From NCBI GenBank assembly GCA_965215125.1, contig OZ244052.1, positions 928,001 to 992,000 of the forward strand: a DNA stretch of 64,000 nucleotides, given 5' to 3'. Made by a program: the position numbers and the translations under genes. How positions within the stretch are numbered: position 1 is the first letter of the stretch; each line of letters opens with the position of its first letter. Positions 11,761 through 21,202 of the stretch are shown here, piece by piece. The notes below the pieces were generated by a model. It did no database searches. It was not told the DNA's origin and saw only the letters and a list, made by a program, of their open reading frames with translations. This stretch comes from an uncultured candidatus Porisulfidus sp. Lineage in GTDB: Bacteria > Pseudomonadota > Gammaproteobacteria > Poriferisulfidales > Oxydemutatoraceae.

Positions 11761-11792
11761 TTGACCCCCCCCCCCCCGTGCCGTGCTACACT
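11761..11792 (+). promoter_or_regulatory. Putative sigma70 promoter with C13 homopolymer in the spacer
   Basis: TTGACC (11761-66), C13 (11765-77), TGn-TACACT (11784-92); spacer currently 20 bp; AAAGGAG RBS before the ATG at 11854. Confidence 0.55.
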
Positions 11793-11853
11793 GATGATTT
11801 TTAATCTACAAAACACTAATAATAATGCAAACCACGATAGAAAGGAGTGAAAA

Positions 11854-14481
11854 ATGAAAAAAGTACAAATAGTAGTTTTAGTCTTATTAGCTTTATGTTT
11901 GCAAGCAGTTTCCGCCCAGCAAACAACAGAATGTAAAAATAAGGAATTTGACGTGTCTTTTAAGTTATTGAGAGTAACAGCATCCGGACCACCATTACTT
12001 CCGCATCAAGATACACGAAGACTGAGACTATATGGTGCGTGGGATCCGAGGGGTACGGTGACCCAAAGTCTCATCAACGATGAACTTAACCAATTTGGCA
12101 CTAGCTGGTGCATAGCAACCGGAGGTTATTCGAGAATAAGAAAAATTTCTGTTTATACAGATGGTTCGGATGCGGATTTTCTACTTATTAATGAAGCTGG
12201 CAGAGCCGGGGCTTATTCTGGTTCATTTCGTCATAGATTACCTAGTGCTTTTGTTTATTACTTCGATCGACCATCCCGTCGTGATCAATATTTAGGTGAA
12301 GTGATTGCTCATGAATTTGCACATAGTGCTTTAAAAATATTTGATGAATATCGAGAAAATCAAAGAGCAAGGTCGTGTTCTACACCTCTTGCAAATGATA
12401 ACCCTGTTCCAACTATAATGAACGATCACAGGCGGTTTACTAGATTTAGTATTGCAAGCGACTATGCTACTCTTCCTAGTATTCCTCCTAGTACGGCACA
12501 ATACCGTTGCTATGAAAAATCAGCATGGGAAACTCTTGTTCAAGACCCAAAAGACGATAAGACAAGGTTGAGGTTTCGAGGAGATTATCAGCGCCAGGGT
12601 CACTTTCAAGGTTGTGCAATACCTACGGTGCCTTCTACTTTTCGGGCGTGCGCCCCTCCTAACATAGTATGGGTCAATAATGAAAATAATGTGGTAATGT
12701 TGATTGACACCTCTGGTAGCATGGGTTCTGATGGGCGTATAGATATGGCTAGAAGAGCTACCATAAATGCTGCTGAAAGATTATCTAGACAAGAAAATAC
12801 TAAAGTAGCAATAGTAGGTTTTGATAATACGGCGAATGTTGTAGTTGGTTTAACAGATTTAATGAATTCTGGAAGTCTTGCACAAGTTAGAAGCCGAGTT
12901 AATGCTTTGCAAGCAGGCGGAGGGACTAATTTTCAGGCGGCTTTAGATGGAGCAGAGAGCATCTTGCGAGGTAGTAGTGAGGGAAGCCGCGGATTAGTCA
13001 TAATGCTCTCGGACGGTGAAGCAGAGGAACCTAACACCATGTATTTTGAAGACAATTCCATTCCGGTATTTACGGTAGGAATAGGGCAAGCAGATAAGAC
13101 AGTCTTAAGGGCAATCTCTAGGAAGACCGGAGGAAGGCATAGTTCCGGCAGTGTGGGACGGCTAGATCAATTTTTCTCAAATGCACTGAGAGCTTCGTCC
13201 ATTGATAGGAATAATCGGTTGATAAGCAATGAAAGTGCCTCTTTGTCGACCAACACGAGTGATACTCTTATTCCTTTTCCGATATCGGAGTTCTCAAACT
13301 TTGCTACCGTTGTCTTAAGGTGGGATGATACATCGGTACTTGACAGTTTTACCTTGCAGCAACCGGACGGCACAATTATTGATGAGGTCTATGCAGCGAC
13401 TACGGAAAATGTTAGCTATATGGAAGCCGCTGTGCAGGCGATATACAACATCCAATCGCCGCTAGCCGGAGATTGGGTCATGCAGATCAGAGGTGTCGGA
13501 GATTTTGAGTCTGAAGTCGCAGCCAACAGCCTAATCACCGCAGGGCTAAATTTGGGGCAGGAACTCCTGTCTACGACGATGACTCAAGAGATAGTCTATC
13601 CGCAACCTATTCCCATTATTGCGCATGTTACCGGTGTGAGACCTGTGGTTAATGCGGACGTTACCGCAGAGATTACCATGCCGGATGCTTCAACAACTGT
13701 GCTTGTTCTTTTGGATGACGGTAATTCTCCCGATTTACTTGAGGGAGACGGAGAGTATTCAGGGGCTCTGACCGATTATTCTCAAAATGGGATTTATGAC
13801 ATTGAAGTAACTATAGGCAATCCTGATGGTAACGCGATGTTTGATGATAATGCTGTGTCAGTAGGCACATTCCCAGGCACACCTACTACCCCGGTTCCTG
13901 TTCCAAAATTCCAACGCATTGTACAAGATCAGGTTGAGGTTACCGGTGTTCCGGACACTTTTGTTATGCCGTCACCGATGACACCTATTGATATCATACC
14001 CGACGGTAGCATATATTGGGGTAGAATTGGACTAACGGATCAAGTAGATTGGTATAGATTTAATGGGGTTATGGGGGAACAGTATCATATACAGACTCAT
14101 AATTTGATGGGGCATGAAGGGGTTGATATGGTGACAGAAGTCAATCTATATGAACCCACCGGAATGACCGTGATAGATTCTAGTACTCGCCATAGAGGCA
14201 CTAATGTTTCCAGCATCGCATGGCTTTCCGATAACGATGGCGACTACTTAGTTTCGGTTGCCCATGCGGAAGGGGGCGAAGGAATTTACGGACTGACAGT
14301 TAGTGATGCAGGTAGTATCTTGTCGGAATATGAACTAGAGCAACAAGCGACCACGATAGGTGGCGGAGGTGGCAGCGGCGGAGGCGGCACTATAGATACC
14401 TTATTGCTACTGTTGTTGGTAGTAGCATTCGCGCTGATAGTTTTAGCCATCAATAGAGGAAGGAATGGACAACTTAGGTAG
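11854..14481 (+). CDS. Secreted CLCA-like protein: zincin metalloprotease + vWA + beta-sandwich domains + GlyGly-CTERM-like anchor
   Basis: Signal peptide, HEFAH..IFDEY, MIDAS DTSGSM/GGTNF/LSDG, LLDDG..PD...DGEYSG, GGGGGSGGGG + TM helix + basic tail. Confidence 0.75.
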   Translation: MKKVQIVVLVLLALCLQAVSAQQTTECKNKEFDVSFKLLRVTASGPPLLPHQDTRRLRLYGAWDPRGTVTQSLINDELNQFGTSWCIATGGYSRIRKISVYTDGSDADFLLINEAGRAGAYSGSFRHRLPSAFVYYFDRPSRRDQYLGEVIAHEFAHSALKIFDEYRENQRARSCSTPLANDNPVPTIMNDHRRFTRFSIASDYATLPSIPPSTAQYRCYEKSAWETLVQDPKDDKTRLRFRGDYQRQGHFQGCAIPTVPSTFRACAPPNIVWVNNENNVVMLIDTSGSMGSDGRIDMARRATINAAERLSRQENTKVAIVGFDNTANVVVGLTDLMNSGSLAQVRSRVNALQAGGGTNFQAALDGAESILRGSSEGSRGLVIMLSDGEAEEPNTMYFEDNSIPVFTVGIGQADKTVLRAISRKTGGRHSSGSVGRLDQFFSNALRASSIDRNNRLISNESASLSTNTSDTLIPFPISEFSNFATVVLRWDDTSVLDSFTLQQPDGTIIDEVYAATTENVSYMEAAVQAIYNIQSPLAGDWVMQIRGVGDFESEVAANSLITAGLNLGQELLSTTMTQEIVYPQPIPIIAHVTGVRPVVNADVTAEITMPDASTTVLVLLDDGNSPDLLEGDGEYSGALTDYSQNGIYDIEVTIGNPDGNAMFDDNAVSVGTFPGTPTTPVPVPKFQRIVQDQVEVTGVPDTFVMPSPMTPIDIIPDGSIYWGRIGLTDQVDWYRFNGVMGEQYHIQTHNLMGHEGVDMVTEVNLYEPTGMTVIDSSTRHRGTNVSSIAWLSDNDGDYLVSVAHAEGGEGIYGLTVSDAGSILSEYELEQQATTIGGGGGSGGGGTIDTLLLLLLVVAFALIVLAINRGRNGQLR

Positions 14482-15277
14482 ATATTTTATAGGTATTTTT
14501 CCACTTAGCACTTTACTCTGTGCGAGTCAAATAGCACTTTCGGCATCCGTAATTTCCCTAGAGGAATCACCGGAATGGTCCCCGGGCAATCCTATAGAAA
14601 TTCGTCGTATTGCGATAAATGATGCAGGTGAGGGACAAGTTGTTTTAACGCGAGAAGACACGGAGATCAACCAAGTGATAGCAATTTCCTCATTTCAATT
14701 TGCGCCGGATGAGTTTGCGCAAAAATATAACGAGTATTTGAAATATAAAGATTTTTACGGGGTCGATGAAGATATGGATGGAATAATTGTAGAGGGCAAT
14801 CCACAGACGATCATACTTTCTTTTTTCTCCGACGGTCAATCGAAAAAATCTATACATTTAGTTGGTATCGCCGCTTATGCTGATGTATCAACAAACCCGT
14901 TTCAAGTCCCTATTGGAATAATAGAACTAAGAGACATGATATTCACTTATGCAGAGAAAGCAATACTTCAAGACAAAACAAAATACTACTTGACGACCCA
15001 GCCATATAGTTCCAACCAATTATATTGGCTCTTAGAATCTCACAGCATAGAGTCTATCCCCATAATTTTTAATGGCTTAGATAAAAAGAGTGCTGTTTTC
15101 CTGAGAGAAGTGACCCAAAATGCACCCATTTTTTATCCGCTGGAGGAAACGCATTTTGTTGAATTGAAAAAACAACTGAGTCTTCCAGATGATTTGCAAA
15201 GGCCAACTTTTAGATTATCCAAAGCGAATGATGCTGTTGCTCAGATCCAGTTTTTTACAGGCACAAGCATTTATTAA
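14465..15277 (+). CDS. Hypothetical exported protein, overlapping and coupled to the CLCA-like gene
   Basis: 270-aa ORF with N-terminal hydrophobic segment; no recognised motif. Confidence 0.6.
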   Translation: MDNLGRYFIGIFPLSTLLCASQIALSASVISLEESPEWSPGNPIEIRRIAINDAGEGQVVLTREDTEINQVIAISSFQFAPDEFAQKYNEYLKYKDFYGVDEDMDGIIVEGNPQTIILSFFSDGQSKKSIHLVGIAAYADVSTNPFQVPIGIIELRDMIFTYAEKAILQDKTKYYLTTQPYSSNQLYWLLESHSIESIPIIFNGLDKKSAVFLREVTQNAPIFYPLEETHFVELKKQLSLPDDLQRPTFRLSKANDAVAQIQFFTGTSIY

Positions 15278-15396
15278 TACGCACAACCGGAAAGCTATTC
15301 GGCAATTAAGTGCCCTTTTTTAGTGATTAAATTTTTCAGTTGTCCTTGCAGTACTGCATGGAGGCTGCCGTCATGCTATTTTAGAATCACATCCAT

Positions 15397-15582
15397 AGTG
15401 AGTTTTCATGCTGTCACCCTCAAGAGCCGACATTTCTATCCGTCCTCTTTGTTTTGAAGTTACCCGCAGTGGGGTATAATTGCATTTCGCCTTGATATTA
15501 GGTGGATTATTTTTTATACATCGTAGAGAAAAGCATTATGGCAAGCGTTACGATAGAAGACTGCATTGAAAAAGTCGGCAGT
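15397..15582 (+). repeat. Direct repeat copy 1 of the rpoZ promoter and first 15 codons
   Basis: Aligns with 18000-18184; final 36 bp GTTACGATAGAAGACTGCATTGAAAAAGTCGGCAGT identical. Confidence 0.9.
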
Positions 15583-15591
15583 GATTTTTGA
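15538..15591 (+). pseudogene. Truncated rpoZ 5' fragment (MASVTIEDCIEKVGSDF*)
   Basis: 14 of the first 15 residues identical to RpoZ at 18140; stop lies 4 nt before the ATG at 15596. Confidence 0.85.
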
Positions 15592-15595
15592 CTCT

Positions 15596-17956
15596 ATGGA
15601 TAAACAACAATCTAAAGAGTTTCTGTCTGAATTACTGTCATCATTCTCAACAGATGAAGTAGATAATACTCTCAAACGATATGATATTTCAGACGCAGAT
15701 TGGTCTAACTACGGTGGCCGCTCTAAAAACTGGGATACAGTTTCTAATCAGCAGAGCAATGCAATCGGTGCCTTAACCGAACTTATTACTAATTCAATTG
15801 ATGCTGTTTTATCCAGAAAAGTATATGAGAGTGGCATCAATGACTTGTCTAGTGATGAAGCACCTAAATCAATGCACGATGCCGTACGTCATTGTTATAA
15901 CGTCTCCGAAGGAAAATTATCCAGTCTTGAAGTAACAGAACGTACCAACTTGGCTAAAGAAAGTATTTTAATAGGAGTGAAGCGTAAGACAAGGAGATCA
16001 ACCACGCCGACGATAACTATTGTTGATTTCGGAGAAGGACAGGAACCACAAAAATTTAAGAAAACATTTCTCAGTTTAAGTGAGAACAATAAAGAAGGTA
16101 TCGGTTTTGTTCAAGGCAAATTTAATATGGGATCTACCGGTTCTATACGTTTTTGCACTAGGTCAGACATCACCAAAGGACATTATAAACTTATCATAAG
16201 TAAACGCTATGACCTTAAATCGTCATGGGGTTGGACCTTAATCAAGGTGGCACAAGTAGAACGAGGTAGAGAATTGCCGATCGTAAAATATCTAGCTCCT
16301 AACGGCGAGATCCCATCGTTTGAATCCGAATCAATTCGTGCATTTAATGATGATGAGATTGGGGTGATAGAGCAAGGTTCGGTTATCAAATTATTTGACT
16401 ACGATGTCGGAGGTAAAGCACATCAGGTAGATTTTGGTCTAGATAATGCACTTACATTAAATTTGCTGGACTGTGCATTGCCTATTAGGATATACGACTT
16501 TGATGCACAAAGAAACCCGGAGATAAACAGATTGAGAGGCAGAGGTATAATTGATAGAACATTTACAGGCATGCAAGTCAAACTTTGTGACAAGCTTGCC
16601 GATATTTCGCATCAAGATCCCCCGCTTAACTTCGAAAAACCTAGTGAAGAGACAACAGAATTTATACATTTAGTATCCCAATATAATGATGATGAAATTG
16701 GAGAAATAAAAATAATAGCTGTTGGATCCAGTAAACATCCCATCTATTTGAGAGAGAGCAAAAAGCGTATTTTCTATACAATCAATGGGCAAACGCATGC
16801 AACCGAGAATGCCAGTTTTTTAAATCTTAAAGATGTAGGTTTAGGTGAGTTGGAAAATCATGTCGTTGTTGATGTTCAGTGCGAAAAAATGGATAAAACG
16901 GCACTATCCACTATATTTATGGGAAACAGAGAAAAAATAGCGGATAATAGGCTATCAAGACAACTAAAGGAAATAGTAAAAAAGAATTTAAAGAAAGATA
17001 AGAAATTAAAAGAATATGAGAATATTATCCGAACTAGAAGAGTATCAAAAATCATTGAAGAGGATGAGGAAACCAAAGAATTGTTGGGAGACTTTATTAC
17101 TCAAGATCCAGCAATTAGACAACTGTTAGGACTTGGTGATACTGTTTCCGGTGAATCTCAAACAGGGAGAGGACCTGACCCGTGGAAAGGAGGAAAACAA
17201 TTTCCGACATTCCTGGAGCCTATTAGTATAAAGAAAATTGATAATAGTTTTTTCAAAGAATTACCCATTAACATCTTTCGTAAGATAAAATGTAAAACAG
17301 ATGCTGCCAACGATTATTTAATAAGAAATCATAGTCCCGGACGAATATATCTACCAAATCGTCCTTCCCAAGTTAATATAGAAACTAGTTTAAATAATGG
17401 TATAGCCACTTTTACTCTTTCTCCTTCATCTAAAGAACCTCCCGGCGTTGGTCAAGAATTGTCGTTTGATATTGGTTTTGACGACGATGGGCCGAGGGGT
17501 GAGCCTATTACATTTAATTTAAGAATTAAATTTATTGAAGGGCAAAAACCCAAGAAAAATCCTAGTGGAACATCCTCTTCCGGTGTTGCAAATAAAGAAG
17601 ATAAATCATTTGCCGATCCAACCAAATGGATTCACAAAGAAAATTGGGATGATTACAACTTTGATGAAAAGTCAGGTGCTGTTGTCGTAGCAGGTGGGGA
17701 AAACAATCCAACAATTTATGTCAACTATCATCATGAAGTTCTCGAAAAAATGCGCAGACAAGAGCGAGATGAAGCAAGGCGTCAACTAAATGAAAACCGT
17801 TTTAGAATATGTCTTGGTTTCCTGACACTTGCTATTTATAAGCATTATAATGAAAATGAAGAGAAGGCTCAAGAAAAGGCACGGGGATCCTCGGATGCCG
17901 TAGCACCTTATATTCTCTCCTTAATTGTAAGATTCGGAGAGGGCGCGCGATTATGA
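15596..17956 (+). CDS. GHKL (HATPase/MORC-like) ATPase domain protein
   Basis: N-box ELITNSIDA, G1 IVDFGEGQ, G2 QGKFNMGSTG; AT-rich; ATG at 15596 preferred because the TTG at 15566 lies inside the rpoZ repeat. Confidence 0.7.
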   Translation: MDKQQSKEFLSELLSSFSTDEVDNTLKRYDISDADWSNYGGRSKNWDTVSNQQSNAIGALTELITNSIDAVLSRKVYESGINDLSSDEAPKSMHDAVRHCYNVSEGKLSSLEVTERTNLAKESILIGVKRKTRRSTTPTITIVDFGEGQEPQKFKKTFLSLSENNKEGIGFVQGKFNMGSTGSIRFCTRSDITKGHYKLIISKRYDLKSSWGWTLIKVAQVERGRELPIVKYLAPNGEIPSFESESIRAFNDDEIGVIEQGSVIKLFDYDVGGKAHQVDFGLDNALTLNLLDCALPIRIYDFDAQRNPEINRLRGRGIIDRTFTGMQVKLCDKLADISHQDPPLNFEKPSEETTEFIHLVSQYNDDEIGEIKIIAVGSSKHPIYLRESKKRIFYTINGQTHATENASFLNLKDVGLGELENHVVVDVQCEKMDKTALSTIFMGNREKIADNRLSRQLKEIVKKNLKKDKKLKEYENIIRTRRVSKIIEEDEETKELLGDFITQDPAIRQLLGLGDTVSGESQTGRGPDPWKGGKQFPTFLEPISIKKIDNSFFKELPINIFRKIKCKTDAANDYLIRNHSPGRIYLPNRPSQVNIETSLNNGIATFTLSPSSKEPPGVGQELSFDIGFDDDGPRGEPITFNLRIKFIEGQKPKKNPSGTSSSGVANKEDKSFADPTKWIHKENWDDYNFDEKSGAVVVAGGENNPTIYVNYHHEVLEKMRRQERDEARRQLNENRFRICLGFLTLAIYKHYNENEEKAQEKARGSSDAVAPYILSLIVRFGEGARL

Positions 17957-17999
17957 GGTATTCTATTTGACCTTCCTCTATTTTTAGAACCGCCGGCAA

Positions 18000-18184
18000 A
18001 GTGAGTTTTCATGCTATCGTCCTCAAAGACCGGCATTTTCCCCACCCCTTCGCTTTGAACTTCCCCGTAGCTAGGGTATAATTGCATTTCGCCTTGATAT
18101 GAGGCGGATTATTTTTCACCCATCAGAGAGAGAGGCATTATGGCAAGAGTTACGATAGAAGACTGCATTGAAAAAGTCGGCAGT
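18000..18184 (+). repeat. Direct repeat copy 2 (promoter and 5' end of the intact rpoZ)
   Basis: Aligns with 15397-15582; both copies contain GGGTATAATTGCATTTCGCCTTGATAT (-10 TATAAT). Confidence 0.9.
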
Positions 18185-18517
18185 CATTTCAGGGTAGTCC
18201 AGATAGCGTCCCACCGGGCGCACCAGCTGGAGTTGGGCGCAAAGCCTATGGTTGATAAGGAAGGAGATAAGCCGGTAGTCGTCGCATTGCGGGAGATTGC
18301 CGAGGGCAAGATAGACGAGAGGGTGCTCAGCAAGCCTTTAGGTGAAAAAGAGCCTTGGGAACAAGAGCAAGGTTTATTGACACAGTCCGACGATGTCGGA
18401 GAGATTGTTGCAGATATAGAAAACTACGGCGACATGAACGAAGTAGAAGGCGAAGATGCCGCACCGGCGCAAGAGGCAGATTCGGGGGATGAGGAGCCTA
18501 AAACAGGCGAAGCCTAA
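18140..18517 (+). CDS. rpoZ: RNA polymerase omega subunit
   Basis: MARVTIEDC...DKPVVVALREIAEG; upstream of spoT. Confidence 0.96.
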   Translation: MARVTIEDCIEKVGSHFRVVQIASHRAHQLELGAKPMVDKEGDKPVVVALREIAEGKIDERVLSKPLGEKEPWEQEQGLLTQSDDVGEIVADIENYGDMNEVEGEDAAPAQEADSGDEEPKTGEA

Positions 18518-18557
18518 TACCGCTATAGCAGACTTTTTAATCGGGTTTTAGTCTGCT

Positions 18558-20726
18558 ATGGAAGCGTCAAAAACCTTTGTGGGGAATTTTCATAGCAGGC
18601 GTGGCAAACTTCCGGTACACAGCACGGCACTGGATAAATTGCACGATGCCGTGAGTCGGTATATGACTGCCGAGGAAGTCCGTCGTGTTCATAATGCTTA
18701 CTTATTCGGTGCCGAAGCGCATTTGGATCAAAAGCGCATCTCGGGGGATCCTTATATTTATCATCCCATAAAAGTCGCGCAAATAATGGCAGAACTGCGT
18801 TTGGATGCAGTCACCATTTCTGCCGGGTTGTTGCACGATGTATTGGAGGACACCGATATTACTAAAAACCAGTTGTCCAAGCAGTTCGGCAAGGCGGTTG
18901 CCGAGGTTGTTGACGGAGTAAGTAAATTGCCCAAGCTGGAATTTGAAAGCAAGGAAATCGGGCAAGCTAAAAACTTTCAGAAAATGCTGTTGGCGATGGC
19001 CAAAGACCCGCGTGTCATACTGGTCAAGCTGTCCGACCGTCTACACAATATGCGTACAGTCTACTATTTGCCTTTTCCCAAACAAAAAAGGATAGCACAA
19101 GAGACGCTCGAGATATACGCACCGTTGGCGCAGTGCTTAGGCATAGACAGGATACGCTTGGAGTTGGAAGACCTGTCGTTCAAAGCCTTGTATCCGTTGC
19201 GCTATAGGGCACTTGAGAGGGCGGTGCGCAGATACGATAAGCGCAAAGCGTTGGTAGAGAAGATGTTGGAAATCTTTCGCGTGCATTTGAAGTCTGCCGA
19301 GTTTTCGTGTCGCATGTACGGACGTAGCAAGCATCTTTACAGCATTTACCGAAAGATGAAAGAGCGTGGACATTCTCTGGGTCAAATCTTTGATATTTAT
19401 GCAATTCGCATCATTGTTTCAAATGCGGATCATTGCTATCGCATGCTCGGATTGTTGCATAATTTATTCAAGCCGGTGCCCGGTCGTTTCAAGGATTACA
19501 TTGCATTGCCCAAACCCAATGGTTATCAATCGCTACATACGGTGGTAGTCGGCTCGCAAGGCATCAAGCTGGAAGTGCAGATTAGAACGCAAGAGATGGA
19601 GGAAATCGCAGAAAGCGGTATCGCCGCACATGCACTTTATAAGACCGGTGAATCCAATCGGTCGACGATGGCGCGCCGTTGGATGCAAAATCTTATAGGT
19701 TTGCAACAAAAGACCGGAAACAACTCGGCCGAGTATATGGAAAGCCTAAAAAGCCAGCTTTTTCCTGCAGAAGTCTACGTTTTCACACCGAAGGGAAAAA
19801 TTATTGTTTTACCGCGTAAGGCAACGGCACTTGATTTTGCTTTTGCTATCCATACCGATTTAGGGCTTTCCACCGCGAGGGTTCGTGTTAACGGCCATAT
19901 AGAAGCTCTGAACTTTAAGCTACAAAGCGGACAAACGATAGAGGTCATTACTGCGGATAATGTTGCCCCCGATTCTAGGTGGCTGGAGTTTGTAGCAACC
20001 GCCAAAGCCCGTACGGCGATAGTGCAGTACTTAAAACATATAGAGTCGTACGAAGCAGTCGAACTAGGGCGTTATTTATTAAAGCAAGCTCTAACAAGTT
20101 GTCAACAGCGTTTATCGGATATATCTAAATCTCGTATGAGAGAAGTTCTGGAGTCCTTAAAGTTAAAAAATTTGGACGAATTGTTCAAAGAGATAGGACT
20201 GGGTCGGCAACTTCCCTCACTGGTTGTGGTGCTTTTGACCGATGTTTCTCAAGCCGACGCGCAACTTAGCTTGGAGATAGAGCCGGAGGCTATTATCAAA
20301 GGCGTTGAGGGCATGGCTGTAGTCTGTGCCCAGTGTTGTTATCCTATTCCTGGTGACTCGATTATCGGAACGATGAGCCCGGGCAAAGGTTTGGTGATAC
20401 ATCGCAAAAGTTGTTCCAATGTACGCGCTAAGAATGTGCGGAGGATTTTACTTAATTGGGCGGACACGCGAAATACCCTATCGGAGTATTCCGCCGCTAT
20501 TCGTATCGTCGTGCCCCATCAAAGCGGTGTGTTGGCAACTTTAGCGTCAAAGATAGCGCAAACCGGTTCCAACATAAAGAATGTCTCCTTAGACGAGCAG
20601 GGTATCGGTAGTGCTGCGGTTACTTTTGTGCTCAGCGTGCGCGATACAAATCAATTGGATAGAATAATGAGACGCATCAGCCAAGCATTTGAAGATGTTA
20701 AAGTATCCAGAGTTAAATCTCACTAA
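18558..20726 (+). CDS. spoT: Bifunctional (p)ppGpp synthetase/hydrolase
   Basis: LLHDVLED HD domain, KPNGYQSLHT, TGS and ACT domains. Confidence 0.96.
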   Translation: MEASKTFVGNFHSRRGKLPVHSTALDKLHDAVSRYMTAEEVRRVHNAYLFGAEAHLDQKRISGDPYIYHPIKVAQIMAELRLDAVTISAGLLHDVLEDTDITKNQLSKQFGKAVAEVVDGVSKLPKLEFESKEIGQAKNFQKMLLAMAKDPRVILVKLSDRLHNMRTVYYLPFPKQKRIAQETLEIYAPLAQCLGIDRIRLELEDLSFKALYPLRYRALERAVRRYDKRKALVEKMLEIFRVHLKSAEFSCRMYGRSKHLYSIYRKMKERGHSLGQIFDIYAIRIIVSNADHCYRMLGLLHNLFKPVPGRFKDYIALPKPNGYQSLHTVVVGSQGIKLEVQIRTQEMEEIAESGIAAHALYKTGESNRSTMARRWMQNLIGLQQKTGNNSAEYMESLKSQLFPAEVYVFTPKGKIIVLPRKATALDFAFAIHTDLGLSTARVRVNGHIEALNFKLQSGQTIEVITADNVAPDSRWLEFVATAKARTAIVQYLKHIESYEAVELGRYLLKQALTSCQQRLSDISKSRMREVLESLKLKNLDELFKEIGLGRQLPSLVVVLLTDVSQADAQLSLEIEPEAIIKGVEGMAVVCAQCCYPIPGDSIIGTMSPGKGLVIHRKSCSNVRAKNVRRILLNWADTRNTLSEYSAAIRIVVPHQSGVLATLASKIAQTGSNIKNVSLDEQGIGSAAVTFVLSVRDTNQLDRIMRRISQAFEDVKVSRVKSH

Positions 20727-20784
20727 GTACTATGTCCGCTCGGCTAGAGTGATCTTTTAGAAACATTTTTAACGGAGGTGATTG

Positions 20785-21168
20785 ATGACCAAAGAAATTA
20801 TAAAAACAGACCATGCCCCCGAAGCCATAGGGACTTATTCTCAGGCGGTAAAGGTTGGGCAAACCGTTTATTTGTCGGGACAGATTCCGCTATCTCCCGA
20901 AACGATGGAAGTCGTCGCCGGCGACATCACGGTGCACACACGCAAGGTGTTTGATAATTTGAGTGCGGTGGCAACTGCCGCCGGAGGCTCTTTGGTGGAC
21001 ATCGTCAAATTAAATGTTTATCTTTGTGACTTAAGTCATTTTGCCAAGATAAACGAAGTGATGGCGGAATATTTCTCCGAACCGTATCCGGCGCGTGCAG
21101 CGGTGCAAGTTTCGGCGTTGCCCAGAGGCGTGGATATAGAAATTGATGCAATCATGCATTTGTCTTAA
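20785..21168 (+). CDS. ridA: RidA/YjgF-family enamine deaminase
   Basis: [25 protein letters not shown]. Confidence 0.9.
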   Translation: MTKEIIKTDHAPEAIGTYSQAVKVGQTVYLSGQIPLSPETMEVVAGDITVHTRKVFDNLSAVATAAGGSLVDIVKLNVYLCDLSHFAKINEVMAEYFSEPYPARAAVQVSALPRGVDIEIDAIMHLS

Positions 21169-21202
21169 GAATAGATAACCACCCCCGACATCCATTAGTT
21201 CT

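Noticed and set aside
15566-15595. TTG start giving an RpoZ-GHKL fusion protein
   Set aside because: The RpoZ stub is in a different frame and terminates at 15591; no in-frame fusion exists.
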